64,000 nucleotides of DNA from Octopus sinensis. Its lineage: Eukaryota. The notes below the pieces were generated by a model. It had not been told where the DNA came from. It made no database searches and saw nothing but the letters and a program-made list of their open reading frames with translations. The translations under genes and the position numbers were made by a program. The stretch covers positions 10,974,001-11,038,000 of the forward strand of contig NC_043015.1 in assembly GCF_006345805.1 (NCBI RefSeq), in the 5' to 3' direction. Of this stretch, positions 1-14,152 are shown in pieces. Each line of letters begins with the position of its first letter. Positions within the stretch are counted from its first letter, which is position 1.

Positions 1-544
1 AAACGTTTTATATATCAAGTGAGAACATGTCTACTTTTTAACCATTTCCCTTAGTAAACAAACTTGAAGACCTCAGCGTAACGAAAGAGCGTCTCCATTG
101 TAATAAAAAATCTGCTAAAAATAGAAGTTGATATCTCAGAAAAATTAATTCTACCAGCTTTTTAAAACATCACTGTCAATTATTTGATCTGCTGTGTATA
201 CAACGACTGCCAAAATAGATGTCATATGGAAGGCTGAAGATCTTACAATCTTAGGCCGCTTTATCTGCATGAAGAACGATCACAAAAACTCGAAGACATC
301 ACTCATGGCCCAACAATGAGAATATTGTTTACATATATACATTTTTAGCGATACTGATTCTTCCTCTGATACGATAATACCGAGAATAAATATATGTAGC
401 AGCTAAAAGCCTGACACATTATGATATTAACACGAAAGTCGTAGGCAGTACATCTTATTCAGCTGATTAAAACCAAAAATGGTTCTATTCATTTCACTTT
501 TTCTCCTCAATATTGTCCATTAAGTGCGATAAGAGTATAGTTTG

Positions 545-725
545 CACGCCGGGCAAAATGCTTAGCAGCTTTTCGTCTGTCCTTTCGTTTCTGAGTTCAA
601 ATTCCGTTCAGCATTTTATCCTTCTCAGAGTCGATAAAATAAGTATCAGTAAGGTATTGAGGTTGATGTAATCGACTTAACCCTTTCCATTAAATTGCTG
701 GCCTTGTGCCAAATTTTAAAACTAA
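545..725 (+). repeat. Old SINE-like interspersed repeat
   Basis: Motifs 'aaaatgcttagc...ctgagttcaaattcc...gtcgataaaataagta...gtaatcgact...ggccttgtgccaaa' recur in diverged form at ~29330-29490(-), 31490-31660, 35370-35520, 44100-44280(-), 51490-51700 and 59380-59510. Confidence 0.6.
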
Positions 726-1661
726 TACTGTATTCTGTTTTGATGAACTGCGACATCACCATCAGGGTCCCACTGAATGATGTTATTTCCCAATACAGTG
801 AAATGTAGTTACGTCAGTATATGCCCTCATTTGCAAATCTATCATATTATAATTCAAATATATACGCATCTTTGAACTCTTAATAAATATAAGTGTGAAT
901 TATTCACAGGTTATAATGGCAGTGGCATTTTCCTCCCTCCAAGTCAGTGTTATAAACAACATTAACTTCCTCTTCAAACAAGTTCAATATTCTGACCTCA
1001 TTTAACAATAGGTTAAGCCAGGTGTTATTTCTATAAACAATGGCATTCCTTTTGATGATTAAGCAACTGATATCTCAGCATTTAAACGTTGAATATCTAG
1101 AGTTATATAACTTAATTTGCTAGTTATACTGCCCGCAATATTTTTAATGAACGTCCTTCTTCACGCTTTCGCTTATCATTTTCCTTGAATTTCTTTGAAT
1201 TGTTTGAAGATGTATGTTCCGGCTAAACTTCTGTCAACATATATGCTGTACGTAAATTGTTGATGTCAGCACTTGCATGAATAAATATAGTTCGGGATCG
1301 ACAATAAAGACAATATAAGCAGAATCTTTATGTGAAATAAGGATATCAGTTAAATTGAAGTGTCAAATGTCTCGGGAGATATTCCCTCAGTACATTTAGT
1401 TACGTGTTTTATGTTATCTGTAGCAAATGTGGAATGAGGTAAAGTAAAGTATTAAACCAGTTTATAACCGGCTTCACGTTCCCAGGTTAACGAATAGGAT
1501 GTTTTATTATAAATCCTTCAACACATTTATTGTTTTATTTGTTGAAAGATTTGTGAATAGTTTTCTTAAGTAATGGATATTGACACTCTAATCCAACATG
1601 AGATTTCAACGAAGAGATACAGAAGATTATTCTGTATTTCTAGCAATTATCGACGTTCATG

Positions 1662-1728
<67 letters not shown>

Positions 1729-1920
1729 TGTATGCACAGAATGGTAGAAGAATGAATCAGCAGAGCGACGCAGAACAGGATTCGAGGTACTCTGCGTTCA
1801 ATCCTACAAACAGAGTTTTTGCCAATTTCGTCTTCCTGCGCTTTTAGAATAAATACTATTTAAAAGTTGATGTTGATGTAACCAACTGTATCCACAAAAT
1901 GTATTTAATATATATATATA

Positions 1921-2447
1921 TAATCAAAATAAACAACAAGGATATCCAGCGGTAATGCTGTACGATCGTTTCATGCGACTCCATTTAATTGAATAATGCA
2001 AGTATTACATCAGTTTTAAAATGTAGAGTAATCTTCAGCTGCATAAAACATAGAATTTAGTTAAATTTAAAAGATTCATTTTCATAGTTATTCCATTAAC
2101 CAAAATCACAAAAAGGGTAAGTAGGTAGACAGAGAAACAAGTTTTATCAACAAAAACATAGTAGTAACTGATATTTTTTCATGAAATCACTGTTTATCAT
2201 TGATATTACTTTTATTACTTTGTTATCTAGATTTACTACTAGGGGAGGGGGTTTAAGACTAGTTTATCAGGTCTAGTGGAAGAACAAGAATCTATCTTTT
2301 ATAGATAGAGAAAAAGACAGTTTAAGTGGCAGAGCCATAAATCAAGATCCCTTTGAAGCAGAAACCATTTGGATCCAGTAGAATATATTTCAGCCAAAAT
2401 TAGTAGCCTAAAGCTGATGGGATAGGGAGAGAAAAGACTTATAATAC

Positions 2448-2450
<3 letters not shown>
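1921..2450 (-). mobile_element. Penelope-like element 3' remnant bounded by microsatellites
   Basis: Sits between (TA)n and (CA)n/(TA)n tracts, carries a type I HHR, and has a decayed coding-like stretch upstream on the minus strand. Confidence 0.55.
1955..2044 (-). ncRNA. Type I hammerhead ribozyme with long stem II insert
   Basis: Minus strand reads atgcag-CTGAAGA-[ttactcta...tggagtcgcat]-GAAA-cgatcg-TA-cagcat. Palindromic stem III ACGATCGT; stem I matches 5/6. Confidence 0.7.
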
Positions 2451-2527
<77 letters not shown>

Positions 2528-2531
<4 letters not shown>

Positions 2532-4931
2532 CTGGCCCTTAGCAACAGATAATTTTCCGAAAGTTTAAATTTTGCTGCCCCCACCCACTAATCCTCTTCA
2601 AATAAACAACAATACGGGATGATCAAAATCTCACCTTAATCAGACAACTGCTAGGCGACACTCAAATGCTTTGAATTTGGAATATAGTATACGCACCGAT
2701 TAATTCTGTTCAAAAGCTGTATACTGTTCCCTTTCTCGACCATTTTCTTTTTTCGTCTTAGAGACATTTATGTCGACACATCCAGGCAACCCCAACAGAT
2801 GTTTAAAAACGTTCTGAATCAAATTTACCAATAGCTAATTTGAAAAATTCCTGAAATAAGATGAAAACTTAAGAAATGTTGGGTTTTTCTTAATAAAGCA
2901 CACATCTTCTATAAGAGAAAAGCATTTTTATTTACAACAATAATTTCTATAGAATCGAAAATATGTGAATACTGAACACTGAATATTGAACATACTTTTT
3001 GCATAAGAGAATATTTAGCGGCAGTCATATATGTTTTACGGTTTTCCATAACGGTCTGTGACACAAATTGTTTTTCAGTTTCATCCTTTGTGAGATTGGT
3101 TATTGTAATCCTGAATGAAGTTGACACCTCTTTCTGCAACATCATTCACAACTCATTCATAACTGTCTTGTCAAGTTTTTCAAAACTACTTTTGTAACTA
3201 GACTCATCCTTTCATGTTGAAGTGTCATTGTCAAGGAAATCGGTGCTCATAGAAATCTCGTGAATAATGTTTTTATACTAGGAGTTACAAAACACGAAAA
3301 CTCGATGTTTGTAAAGGAAGAAAAGTCATTTTGGTGCACAATGTACCTCTTCAGTTGATTTCTTTCTTCACCTGTGTCTACTTCCAGCATGACTTTAGCA
3401 ATATTTTCCTTCAATTCTGTTGGAAAATTGTCATCAAATATGGATAGGGCCACAGTTTCGAAAGCTAATTGGAAGAGATTCTTGGAAACTTTTCTCGCAG
3501 CAGCCTAACTGATTTCTTGATCAATAACCTGATAATTTATCAATTGACGCATGATTAGGAAATCATGATATGGTGCTTTAATTGTTTCTGATGACAGAAA
3601 CCAGCCTCGAACATACACTCGGAACAAGGAAAATACATATTTTTCTTACAAAGTTCTCCCCAGGAGATAACTGAAATTGATCTTGAAACAGGTATATCTT
3701 CAATGCGTAAATTTCTTTTGACATCCACCTAACATGACTTACAGCCCATGGTGTACGAAACGATATCCCGTTCGTCAGAATGCAGCTAAGAAAGATCATC
3801 GTTAACTCCTACAATTCTCGGTAATCATTTCGCTGTTGTTTCTGAGTTGCAAGGTGGTGTTCAGTAAATCCAAGAATGGCAGAGCGGACATCATCAGCCA
3901 TTTCACTGCTACCAGTTAGGTAAACATTTTTGTCGAGTTTCGTCGAGGTTTCTTTAAATTGTTTGAAAAACTCTGTCTGAACCAGCAGTTGCACTCATCA
4001 GTGAGAGAAAGCAGCTCCGAAAAACTAACTCGAAAATCTGATTACGGCAAAGTAAGCACAATAGGTTGCGATTGAACAATTTTTCTAGATTTGTATATGC
4101 GTCATTTACTCGACCTGTGTTGCTTGCGGAATTTTGTCGGTTGTACCCCACTTCTCCACTGCTTGGTAAACAGCCATGGTCCTGAAGATGTTGGAATTTC
4201 AGTGACTCCCTACAGTTCCTCCTTGCCTCGAAGAGTTACTATTATCGCTGGTCTATCAACCTTTTCAATACCTGTGAGTACTGGTATCCATCCCAGTTCA
4301 ACACTAATTCTTGACAGTCGTTTAGGTTAAATTTGTGCTGTATTTCTGTCATCGCTTCTCTAAATTTTATTCTAAGGCATTGGAAATAAGTATACAAAGC
4401 ACATGACATTATAAAAACAGAGGTATTACAACTTTGTCAGGACTACCAATATAACTGGGGATCATCTATATCATAATGCCCCACAACAAAATGAATGACT
4501 GAATGAGTAACTTATATTTACAAACACGGACAAATCATATCACTTCACTGTTTATAACTAACGTTATATTTCTTAATATTTTATCCCTCTACGTTACCAT
4601 TAGGTACAGTACATTTATTACGACGGCCGAACGCAAATCACAACCTCACTCGGTTACGCCTGGCCGCCGACTGGATGACAGCGTTAAATAGGTTCTTGCC
4701 ATGTACCTGCGCAATATCCCCTGTCCCCTTATCCTTCTATTACCAGTAATAAGTCTGAATAAGTTTTTTAATTAAGAGAAAATTATATTCGAAAAACATT
4801 TTATCTGAAAAAATGAATTTCCGGGCAAAAACTTTAAAATTTATTGGTCGATGAGTGTCCCTTTACAATTGTTGCGCTAAAATTGTTCATAGATTAATTA
4901 TTTGGTAATTGGAACAATGAGGGCCACTCTA
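2528..4931 (-). mobile_element. Decayed hATm-type DNA transposon
   Basis: Imperfect termini TAAACTGGCCCT (2528) and reverse complement TAGAGTGGCCCT (4931), with transposase fragments inside. Confidence 0.7.
2909..4330 (-). pseudogene. hATm-like transposase pseudogene (several frames)
   Basis: Fragments SASNTGRVNDAYTNLEKLFNRNLLCLLCRNQIFELVF, QRNDYREL and FRTPWAVSHVRWMSKEIYALKIYLF match the DTTASNTG, LACRHH, RDDYREL and PGAxHxARWM motifs of hATm transposases. Confidence 0.75.
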
Positions 4932-4932
4932 T

Positions 4933-4933
4933 G

Positions 4934-4969
<36 letters not shown>

Positions 4970-5099
4970 GTCGTTAAAATATATATATATATATATATAG
5001 TCGTTAAAATACCGATCTTATCACGTTGCCACCGTCATGGTGGTATCTCTTAGATACCCTTAATTATAATTTTAATAATTATATATATATATATATATT

Positions 5100-5144
<45 letters not shown>

Positions 5145-5163
5145 ATATATATATATATATATG

Positions 5164-5208
<45 letters not shown>

Positions 5209-5230
5209 TATATATATATAATATATATAT

Positions 5231-5302
<72 letters not shown>

Positions 5303-5345
5303 TGTATAATTATATATATATGTATTGTGTATGTATGTATATGTA
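4933..5345. repeat. (TA)n microsatellite block with an embedded repeat fragment
   Basis: Long (TA)n runs. 5036-5075 resembles the inverted-repeat arm at 16714-16750. Similar TA blocks occur throughout, e.g. 33545-33855, 34710-34910, 48620-48900 and 49245-49850. Confidence 0.95.
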
Positions 5346-6196
5346 TGTGTGCTCAGTCAAAATGTTAATTATTATGTTGAGTGAATATGATTGGAAGAAC
5401 AAAAGGCTAATTAAGATATTGTATTAGATTTCTGTTCCGATATCTAATTTACTTTCAGTTGATTTTCTTTAACATTTTGATGAAAATCCGTTTCCATCTG
5501 TCACTATGACACCTGCATATGCGGACATATGTCCACATATGCAGCAATGACGATTCGGGAAAATTTCATAAACATTACAACTAGGAAAGTAAATTCAACA
5601 CGATACTTATATTGACTACGCAGTAATGAGCTCCAAAATTCTTCAGTAGAGTTCGAAATTGAACTTTGAAAGTTCTATTATTTGAAAGGGTTTCGTTGGA
5701 CAGAGGTCATGTTGGAGCAAATTGGAGCATAGTAGTAGTAAATTCTTGGTTCCCTAATACAAACTTGTCTTCCTAACTGCAACTTAAATTCAGTTTCCTA
5801 AATTGATATTACATAGTATATTTATACAAAATGGCTTTGTGTCTCACTCAGTTATTTAACATACATATTATTACACTGAAAACGTTATATGTGTTCTAGT
5901 TACCATACACATCAGCTACTAAAACTAAGAGAGAAATCTCGCCTGAATTGAAGCCTAATGTATAAGGCAACATAGGGGCATGGCTTAAATACTACACGAC
6001 TTCTGAATGGCATGCAAAAGATCCAAAGCTGAATTGAATTTGAATAGAAACCTGCTTGATCAAGGGAAACTATAAGACATTATCTTTAAACAACGGACAA
6101 TGACATTTATTGTTCAGCAATAGATTATGATCTAAATATGTAATATTGTGTGTGTATGTGTGTGTTTATATATATATATATATCTATATATATATC

Positions 6197-6242
<46 letters not shown>

Positions 6243-6266
6243 TAATATATAAATATTATACATAAA

Positions 6267-6910
6267 TATATTGTCATCAAAAAAGGGGGTAGAATTAATT
6301 AATTGTTAATAAATTCGACCAAGCAGTATTCGGTATGTAAAGACCATTTACGGTGTATTTGAAGTATTAATTTATAAAAATATGGTAAAGTAAAAAATTC
6401 ACTTTACCACACACCGAACTTTTCAGAAATAGCAGCCAAAAATATGGCTATTTCTTCAACTGCAAATAAAAGTCTCCAGACAATGCATACTCAGAAATAA
6501 CTCACATAGGTATAAGGGAAAAACAATGAAAGATCACATCCATATACGATACCGAGGACAGTCTGTTTCTGGATTTGTGGGTAAAACGCCACTTTTCCTT
6601 CATCAGCTCAGAGATTTCTTCTGATTTAGATTTGAAAATACTAAGAATCAACATACCCGTCCGATATCTGTAACATCGGACAAACTATGCCAGACACCCA
6701 GTACTAGCGAATCCAAAAAACGAATGAGATCTATTATTCTCCCTGTCCACCCACGTGAGTCATAGAGCATTACATTTCTACAGAGGTAAAAACTGTAGTT
6801 CAATTCTTGGAGAGAAAAGCATTATATTGTCATCAAAAAAGGGGGTAGAATTAATTAATTGTTAATAAATTCGACCAAGCAGTATTCGGTATGTAAAGAC
6901 CATTTACGGT
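6267..6910 (-). mobile_element. Partial-tandem (pLTR-like) Penelope/retrozyme-type element
   Basis: Identical 88-bp direct repeats at 6267-6354 and 6823-6910 (period 556), an internal HHR, and (TA)n on both sides. Confidence 0.75.
6552..6611 (-). ncRNA. Type I hammerhead ribozyme, intact core
   Basis: ctgag-CTGATGA-aggaaaagtggcgttttacccacaaatcca-GAAA-cagactg-TC-ctcgg, with a GUC cleavage triplet. Confidence 0.8.
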
Positions 6911-6928
6911 ATACATATATATACATAA

Positions 6929-7012
<84 letters not shown>

Positions 7013-10000
7013 CACATACATACATACATACATTCATACATACATACATACAGATATATAAAACTTTTATATGTATATTAAATTCACATATCTGCCATGT
7101 TACGGAGATAAATCTAGTCTTCATGTCTTCGTCCTTTCTAAATGAGGATCTCTGCTGATACCATTCACATATCTTTACGTACATTAAAAAGAGATAACAG
7201 TTGTTTGCAAAATTAATGTGTCGTTCAACGTCATTAATGATGTAAATGAAAGTTGCATAACAAGCGCATTAGAGCAGCAACGTATATGATGAATGAAGCT
7301 TCTTTGGTCTGCAGTTCAACAGCCTATTAAATGGGCCATCCACAGGTCTCTTGAGTAATATAGAAATGAGTATATTACAAATTGAAGTGGCTAGCATAAT
7401 AGAAAACAGTAGACATCCAGTGAGACGAAACAATGCTATAGATTCGATCAGCGTCGGAACCAATTCAGTAATTGAACACATGCAATAATAATTAATATAA
7501 ACTTTACATCCTCTCATTATTTACTCATGTGTATCAATGATATCGTCACGCGTCGGTGATTGGTTCATTAATATCCGAAGAATAAGACTATAATATTTAT
7601 ATATAACTTGTCAATAACAGTATGAAGAAATTAATAACAGCAATCACTGTAGGTTTTGATTATTAGGAAGGTGGACAATTCTAGAATAAACAGTATCCGT
7701 TATAATTCAGGTTGTCTTATATAAAGTGCTATCAATTTCCGAGTTTAAAAAGTTGTCCGCGTCAATTGATTTCAAAAGTTGTCCCCAATAAATTTTGTTT
7801 CTACCACATAAAATCAGTATAATCTAGTTTGAATGTTACACGCCATCACCAGAGACATAAGACGGCGAATTAGTAGATTAATAGGAGTATGGAACACATT
7901 GGCGTTTTTCTACTTCTTTTCTATTTTCTCTGTTCTAATCAGACCACAAGATGAGTTTGTCTTACATCACATTGGTTTTAATATGTAAGGTATCGATCAG
8001 TGCTAAGATCTGAATCAGCTATCTTATGTGCATTAAAATGTCATTAATATGACGGCTATGCGAATAATTTCACTTCCATGTTGTGGACAGAATGAGGAAA
8101 ACAATACTACTTATAAAATGATATAGTTGTTCGTATGATTTTGCCCGTCGACGGCAATAGTGAAGCAGATGAAAGATCAATGTCTATTCAACTACGACAA
8201 TCTCTTTCATTTGAGTCTCTTTACTTTCATACATATTGTAGTTTTAATTTTCTTAAACAATCTGCTAGAGTTAAAAGGAAATATAATAGGAGTTTGTGAA
8301 AGTTTGACTGCAGGTTATTACAAACTGATCACGCAAGTGCATATTTCGTCGTTGACTCCTCGAATAATTTATCTTCAATTATAGCAATTAATGTGAAGTA
8401 AGAATGTATCCTCCATTTCGCAATCCAACTGACAAGTAAAACTTTGGTGATATATTTATGCGCTTGCCAAAAGTGTCTCCTTATTCACATCTTATAATAT
8501 ACATTTCGAAAACAATGCCTGTTGCTATATACGAAAAAGTGGTAGGCAAAGTTCGATGAAATTCTCTAGAAAGAAAATTATCTTACCAACTCCAGAACGT
8601 GGAAAATACTTACTGATCGCAACAAGATTCCATATGAGAATGTAAGGAGGATATATAGGCCGTACCTTGTTAGAATATTTTGAGGGCGGTGGATATAGAT
8701 AGAATAAGTTGTTCCCGTTTTTAACATCGCCGCTACACAGAACAAAAATCTCTGATCTGCACAGACGTTTTAGATAAACTTTGTAGGCAGTGACCTGCTT
8801 ACTAGAAGTTGAAAGCAACACCACCAGCGTGCCAAGATTAGAGTGTCCGCACTTAGTTGAGCGGGCGTTGACGGGGACAACTGTCATCAACAAATGGCGG
8901 TTTGCCCATATCAACGCAACTGTAGTTCAATCGATTATGCTTAGTAAAACATTAGAAAGGAATAGGAAACTTGGAAACTTACAAGAGGCGCATAAGAAAG
9001 GCACCGCAATTATTTAACGCTATGCATGAAGGAGCTATTGTATGATCTAAGGCGCGTGTTCCAAGAAAAGAGGGAAAGAAAACAGCTCAATGTCTCCGTG
9101 TGGAAGAGGCTTAACGTGGCAACAAGCTATAATTTAGTCTTTGGTGAACCAAAATGGGAGCATGGTACACGCTCTTGAACAAATATACGAGGGGAGAGAG
9201 TAATGGTAAGGTAGTAAAAATGTCCATACATATACAGGTGCGCCCGCACACCCACGTACACGCGCCTATATCTATATACTCATCCACCCTCTCTTTAAAC
9301 ACGCACATGATCGACCACACATTCACCGAATATATATAAATATATATGTATATGTATATGTATATCTGAGTCGTAAAATTCAGTTAATATTGGGGAATAT
9401 CGTTAGGACTGCTTGAAGTAATTTCAGAATCACTTTATGAAAATGCTATTCAAATAGAGAATGTATACAACAACATGCATGGTATTTCAGAAAGTATTTC
9501 CCGCAGCACAAATTTACATCGGCGAAAGTATCTCAGTGACCTGATGGAAATTCAACAATATATAATAACTACTTGCAATCTAACAAATAATGATGCAATA
9601 TAGGTTGATATATCAGAGAAACAAGTATTCCCTGTAGCGTCGGTTTACATTATCAAAACACTCGCAATTATATTATCTGAGTGTTGTATTATATATATAT
9701 GGTATAGAATGACTTGATATTTCAGTTACCACGAATATACCTTCTAGCGCAGAATGACATTCCACAAGATTAATACTATGGTTTTTATTTAATCTCTCTA
9801 AATTATTTTATTTAATTTTATCTGTTATATATGTGCAAGGAATTTCTGAAATGTTAATGAATGTTGTGTTATATTATTAAGGGAAATTGAAGATGCAAGT
9901 GTAACTAAGGATGATTTTATTTGTGTCTAAAGAAATTGTTTTGAAATGATATTTCAAGGTAATACAAGCACATGCCATTCAATATTACAATATTTCTTAC

Positions 10001-10022
10001 TATACATACATACATAAATGTA

Positions 10023-10128
<106 letters not shown>

Positions 10129-10332
10129 GTGTGTGTGTATACATAAATATATATATATATATTGTAAAGTATAGAAGCCATCTTATCATGGCTAACCACA
10201 TTGGGGAGGGGGTGTTACTGTAGCTTTATAGCTCCAAGAGATCTTCGTCTCTAGCTGGCTCTAGACACAATATCTGTGTCCTTGGAATATTTGCAAAGGG
10301 AGGCCATCCCTTCCTCGCAAGCCTGAGTGATA

Positions 10333-10375
10333 CGCTCGAACTAGTTTCGGGATTGTTGTCCCTCGTCAACGGGCG
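10333..10375 (-). ncRNA. Minimal type I HHR (C3>U variant)
   Basis: cgcccg-TTGACGA-gggacaacaatccc-GAAA-ctag-TT-cgagcg; palindromic stem III ACTAGT. Confidence 0.7.
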
Positions 10376-10749
10376 GTACCCACCAGGTAGCGATGAAATT
10401 TTCTTTATTATGATCAATAGATCTAACATAGAATGGATACATTACAGAACAAAACAATTACAAAAATGCTATGCGAGTTCGAATGAAATTTAAAAAATTA
10501 CAAAATTAAAATTTTATGTCACTTGAACGAAAACTTGGCTTACTTTGCCTTGAAACGAAACCTTGGCTTACTTTTCCCTTTGTCACGAGAACTTTTAGTG
10601 GGTATGTTTTCTTTTCATTTCTTTTTTTTTTATTATTAATTCTTTATTTTAAACAGTTATGTACAGTGAAAGGTAATGGGAGGTACCAGTTTCAATTTTG
10701 AACCCGGCAGCCTATAAATCCCAGCAGCTGATTTTCCTTTCCTCGATGA

Positions 10750-13700
10750 TTAAGCTGGGTTACTCTCACCCACCTTTCTCATCACATCCTTCCAACGTTC
10801 CATATACTCTTTCTGTGGCAGGCTCCTCTTCTCCAACCCCATCTTGCTCTTCAGATGATATCCGAAGTATTTTAACAAACCGGGGCCAGAGATAAAGGAC
10901 CCTTTCACTAGACCTTCCACTCTAGTTCTCCATACACACTCTTTCAATACTGCCACCGTACAGTAAAAACAAGCCTTACCTTCCTTTGAGAGTCCAGTTG
11001 GCGGTATCATCTTAATCATAGATCCAGCCGACAGCTGTACTCGTCCCAGATGCGACAACACGTGTTCCACGTAACTTATCAAGCCTGACAGCTCCCGACA
11101 TTGTACAAAAGCGTGTTGAACGGTTTCATCGTCCAACCCACATCTTGGACACGTCGGTGGCACTGACATTCCGTGCCTGGATAACTTCTCGCGAACAGGT
11201 AATGCATTCCTATAGCACTGCCAGGTCAGGGATTTTTGGTAATTATCCAAATACCCCGGCCTGAAAGTCTTCTTAAACAGGTTGGAGAGTTGATCCTCAT
11301 CGAACCCCAGAGCCCTTCCTAGGACGTCGTCATTTTTTCCTCCTACCAGCCCTTTATAGAACACCGAGGTGGTATTCCCGCTGCCGGCCTTACCCATCTT
11401 GTGGATCAGCCAGAGTGCCTGTCGGCACTCCTTCTGCCATGAAGTCAGTTTACGTCCTTTAATGAGACCGGGTGTAAATCCCTCCATAAGGCCGTCGCGG
11501 GAAGAATTCCTCTGCCAGCGAACTCCACACCTTATCATCCTCCAGGTAACACCAGAGGTGTCTCAGCCTCAACGCATGCTTGCGCATCATTAGCCAAGGC
11601 ATCCCCAGTCCACCCTTTAGCGGTTCCTGGCAACACACGGAGCGTCTCACAAGTGGCTTCCTCCTTTCCACAAAAAGCGGAAAAGAAGTCGTTCCAACTT
11701 GTTTAACCACGAATCGGGGCAAGGCACGACGGTCAGGCGGTAGGTGACGACAGAGGCTATAACATCTGTGCCACCACCTCCGCCCTCCCTTTCAAGGAAA
11801 GATGCCTTCCGGACCACTTCCGTACTTTGGCATCCACCTTGCTCGTTACCTCGCTCCAATTCTTTCCGTCTGGGAGTCTGGACCAAACCATACTCCGAGC
11901 AATTTAACAGGACCATCCGTCCAGTGTCCAACAACACTGGACGGTATCTGCTTGTTCCTCCAGGTGCCGAGGCGCAAACCGATGGACTTGTCCCTGTTAA
12001 CTTTTGCCCCTGCCACCGCTTCGTATCTATGGAGAGCACCTACTACCCGAGGTAGCTGTGTTCCGTTGGACACGATGAGGGTGACGTCATCCGCATAGGC
12101 AGAAACAGACTTACCGCATCCGATTTCATTAGGGTTGCCTCCCAACTTCTCCAGCTTCCGCAGCAATGGCTCAAGAGCCAAAACATACAGGAGCGGGGAC
12201 AAGGGGCACCCTTGTCGAACTGAACGCTTGATCGAAAACGGCTCCGTTAGGTAACCGTTTTCTGGACTGTGGACTTGATGCCGCTGTACATAGCTGAGAT
12301 CCACCCGCAGAAGCCAGGGCCCAGCCCAGCCGCTTCGAGAACCGCCGCCAAGTACCGATGGTCCACCCTATCAAACGCTTTACTTTGGTCTAAATGGACC
12401 AATGCCCCTCCTTTGCCGTCTAATTTCCCGACCCTATCTATAGTGTAGCGGAGAAGGTGAAGATTATCCTGGATCGACCTGCCTGGGATTGCACATGTCT
12501 GTGCCTTCCCGACAAGTTTCTTCACGACAGCCGTCAACCTTTTGCTAACACCTTGGCCAAAATCTTAAACTCTACATTAAGTAGAGTTATGGGCCTGTAA
12601 TTACTAATACTGTCCCCCTTGCTCGGGTCTTTCTGGACCAGCGTCACAACTCCCGACTCACAGAGCTGGGAATCCTCCCATTCTGTTGCCAGTTTGCATA
12701 GACGCTTGCCAGTATGTCCCCGAACAAGTCCGGCATACAACAATAAAATTCATAGGGTAGACCATCCAATCCCGGTGACTTTTCCCCGGCGCACTCGGCC
12801 ATAACCCCTCTTACCTCCGCGGGATAGATCGATCCTTCACAGCACTCCGCCTCACCTGCCGAGAGCCGAGGCCCACCAGCTAGGAAGTCCTTTAAGGTCT
12901 CCCCACGCTCGAGCGGGCCACCGCCCCCAAACAGCCGTGCGAAATGCTGGTGAAGGACCTTCTGCATCTCCTCCTGTCCATAGATCTTGCGGTCCTGCTC
13001 GTCAGTTAAGGACATAATACAGGACTTTTTGCCCTTCTGACTCTCCTCACGACGGGCCCATCCGGCAACGTTAATACCTTCTCGTTTTCCTGCACGTAAC
13101 TTAGCTCTGACTCTACACCCCTCGTGCTTGGCGTTGAGGTGACGGTACAATACCGCTCTCGCTGCCAACACTCCGGATGCACAGCCAGATTCCATAGCCT
13201 CGTCTAAGTTCTTAACTAATTCGCCCTCTATTCTAGTCCTATCTAAACTTAGCTGCTTGCTAAATCTAATGGACTCCAAACGGATGGCTCTTTTGAGGGC
13301 GAGCCACCATCTATTATTAATGATGGTGCCACATAATGCCCTCTGTACTAATTCCTTAATCCGGGTACGGAAAGCTTCACAGGTCAAAATAGACTTGTTC
13401 ATCTTCCAGTACCCGGGACCTTGTCTATGGCATTTATCTACATGTACCTCACACGTTACAAGTTGTGATCCGTGTAAGGCACAACAGAGAATTGTGGACA
13501 GCTAACACTATTCCTATCTCGTTCCTTAACAAATACTCTATCTATGTACGATCTGAGTGAGCCGTCGTTATTACTCCACGTCCACTGTGGAACGTTCGGC
13601 TCATCCAGTCGAAAACGGTCTACTAGATTAAAGCTCGCTAGTAGAGCCTTGAGGCCAGGATTCCCCTTCCTATCGCTCGAGCCTACACCATCCACCCGCG

Positions 13701-14133
13701 CATCGAGAATGGTGTTGAAATCCCCTACCAAGACTACCGTTTTGGACGTCACTAGAAAGTGCTCCAGTTCCCGATAAAAACCGGTCTGCCCACGTCCGTT
13801 AGGAGCGTAGACAGCCACCAACCTGAAGGACTGCTTACTCACGTGCGTCACATCTAGGACAACCAGCCTACCTTCTGGGTCCAAAAAGACAGTACTTACC
13901 TGTAAGTCCAAGTTCTTCCTGAAAAGAACTGCCACGCCTGCACCTCCCCCTCGGCTAGGAGAAATAAATTTCTCGTAACCATTGAGAAGTGGTGAGAACG
14001 CTTGGGGTCCCTTCATCTTGGACTCGGTAACAATAGCTACTTCGATTCTATGTGAAATGAGGTCGTCACGAAAACAAGCCTGTTTCCATTTCGATCCCAT
14101 TCCACGCGCATTTATACAACCTAACTTAATCAT
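10750..14133 (-). pseudogene. Tx1 ORF2 (APE endonuclease, reverse transcriptase, C-terminal CxxC...HxxxxC), frameshifted
   Basis: MIKLGCINARG, LVAVYAPN, VGDFN, SYIDRVF, TDH, KSPGLDGLPYEFY, NYRPITLLN, LDQSKAFDRVDH, VRQGCPLSPLLY, AYADDVT and TCPRCGLDDETVQHAFVQC across successive ORF pieces. Confidence 0.92.
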
Positions 14134-14152
14134 CGAGAAAAAAGAAAATTAT

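Noticed and set aside
8525-8914. 129-aa minus-strand ORF
   Set aside because: No recognisable domain and no ATG start.
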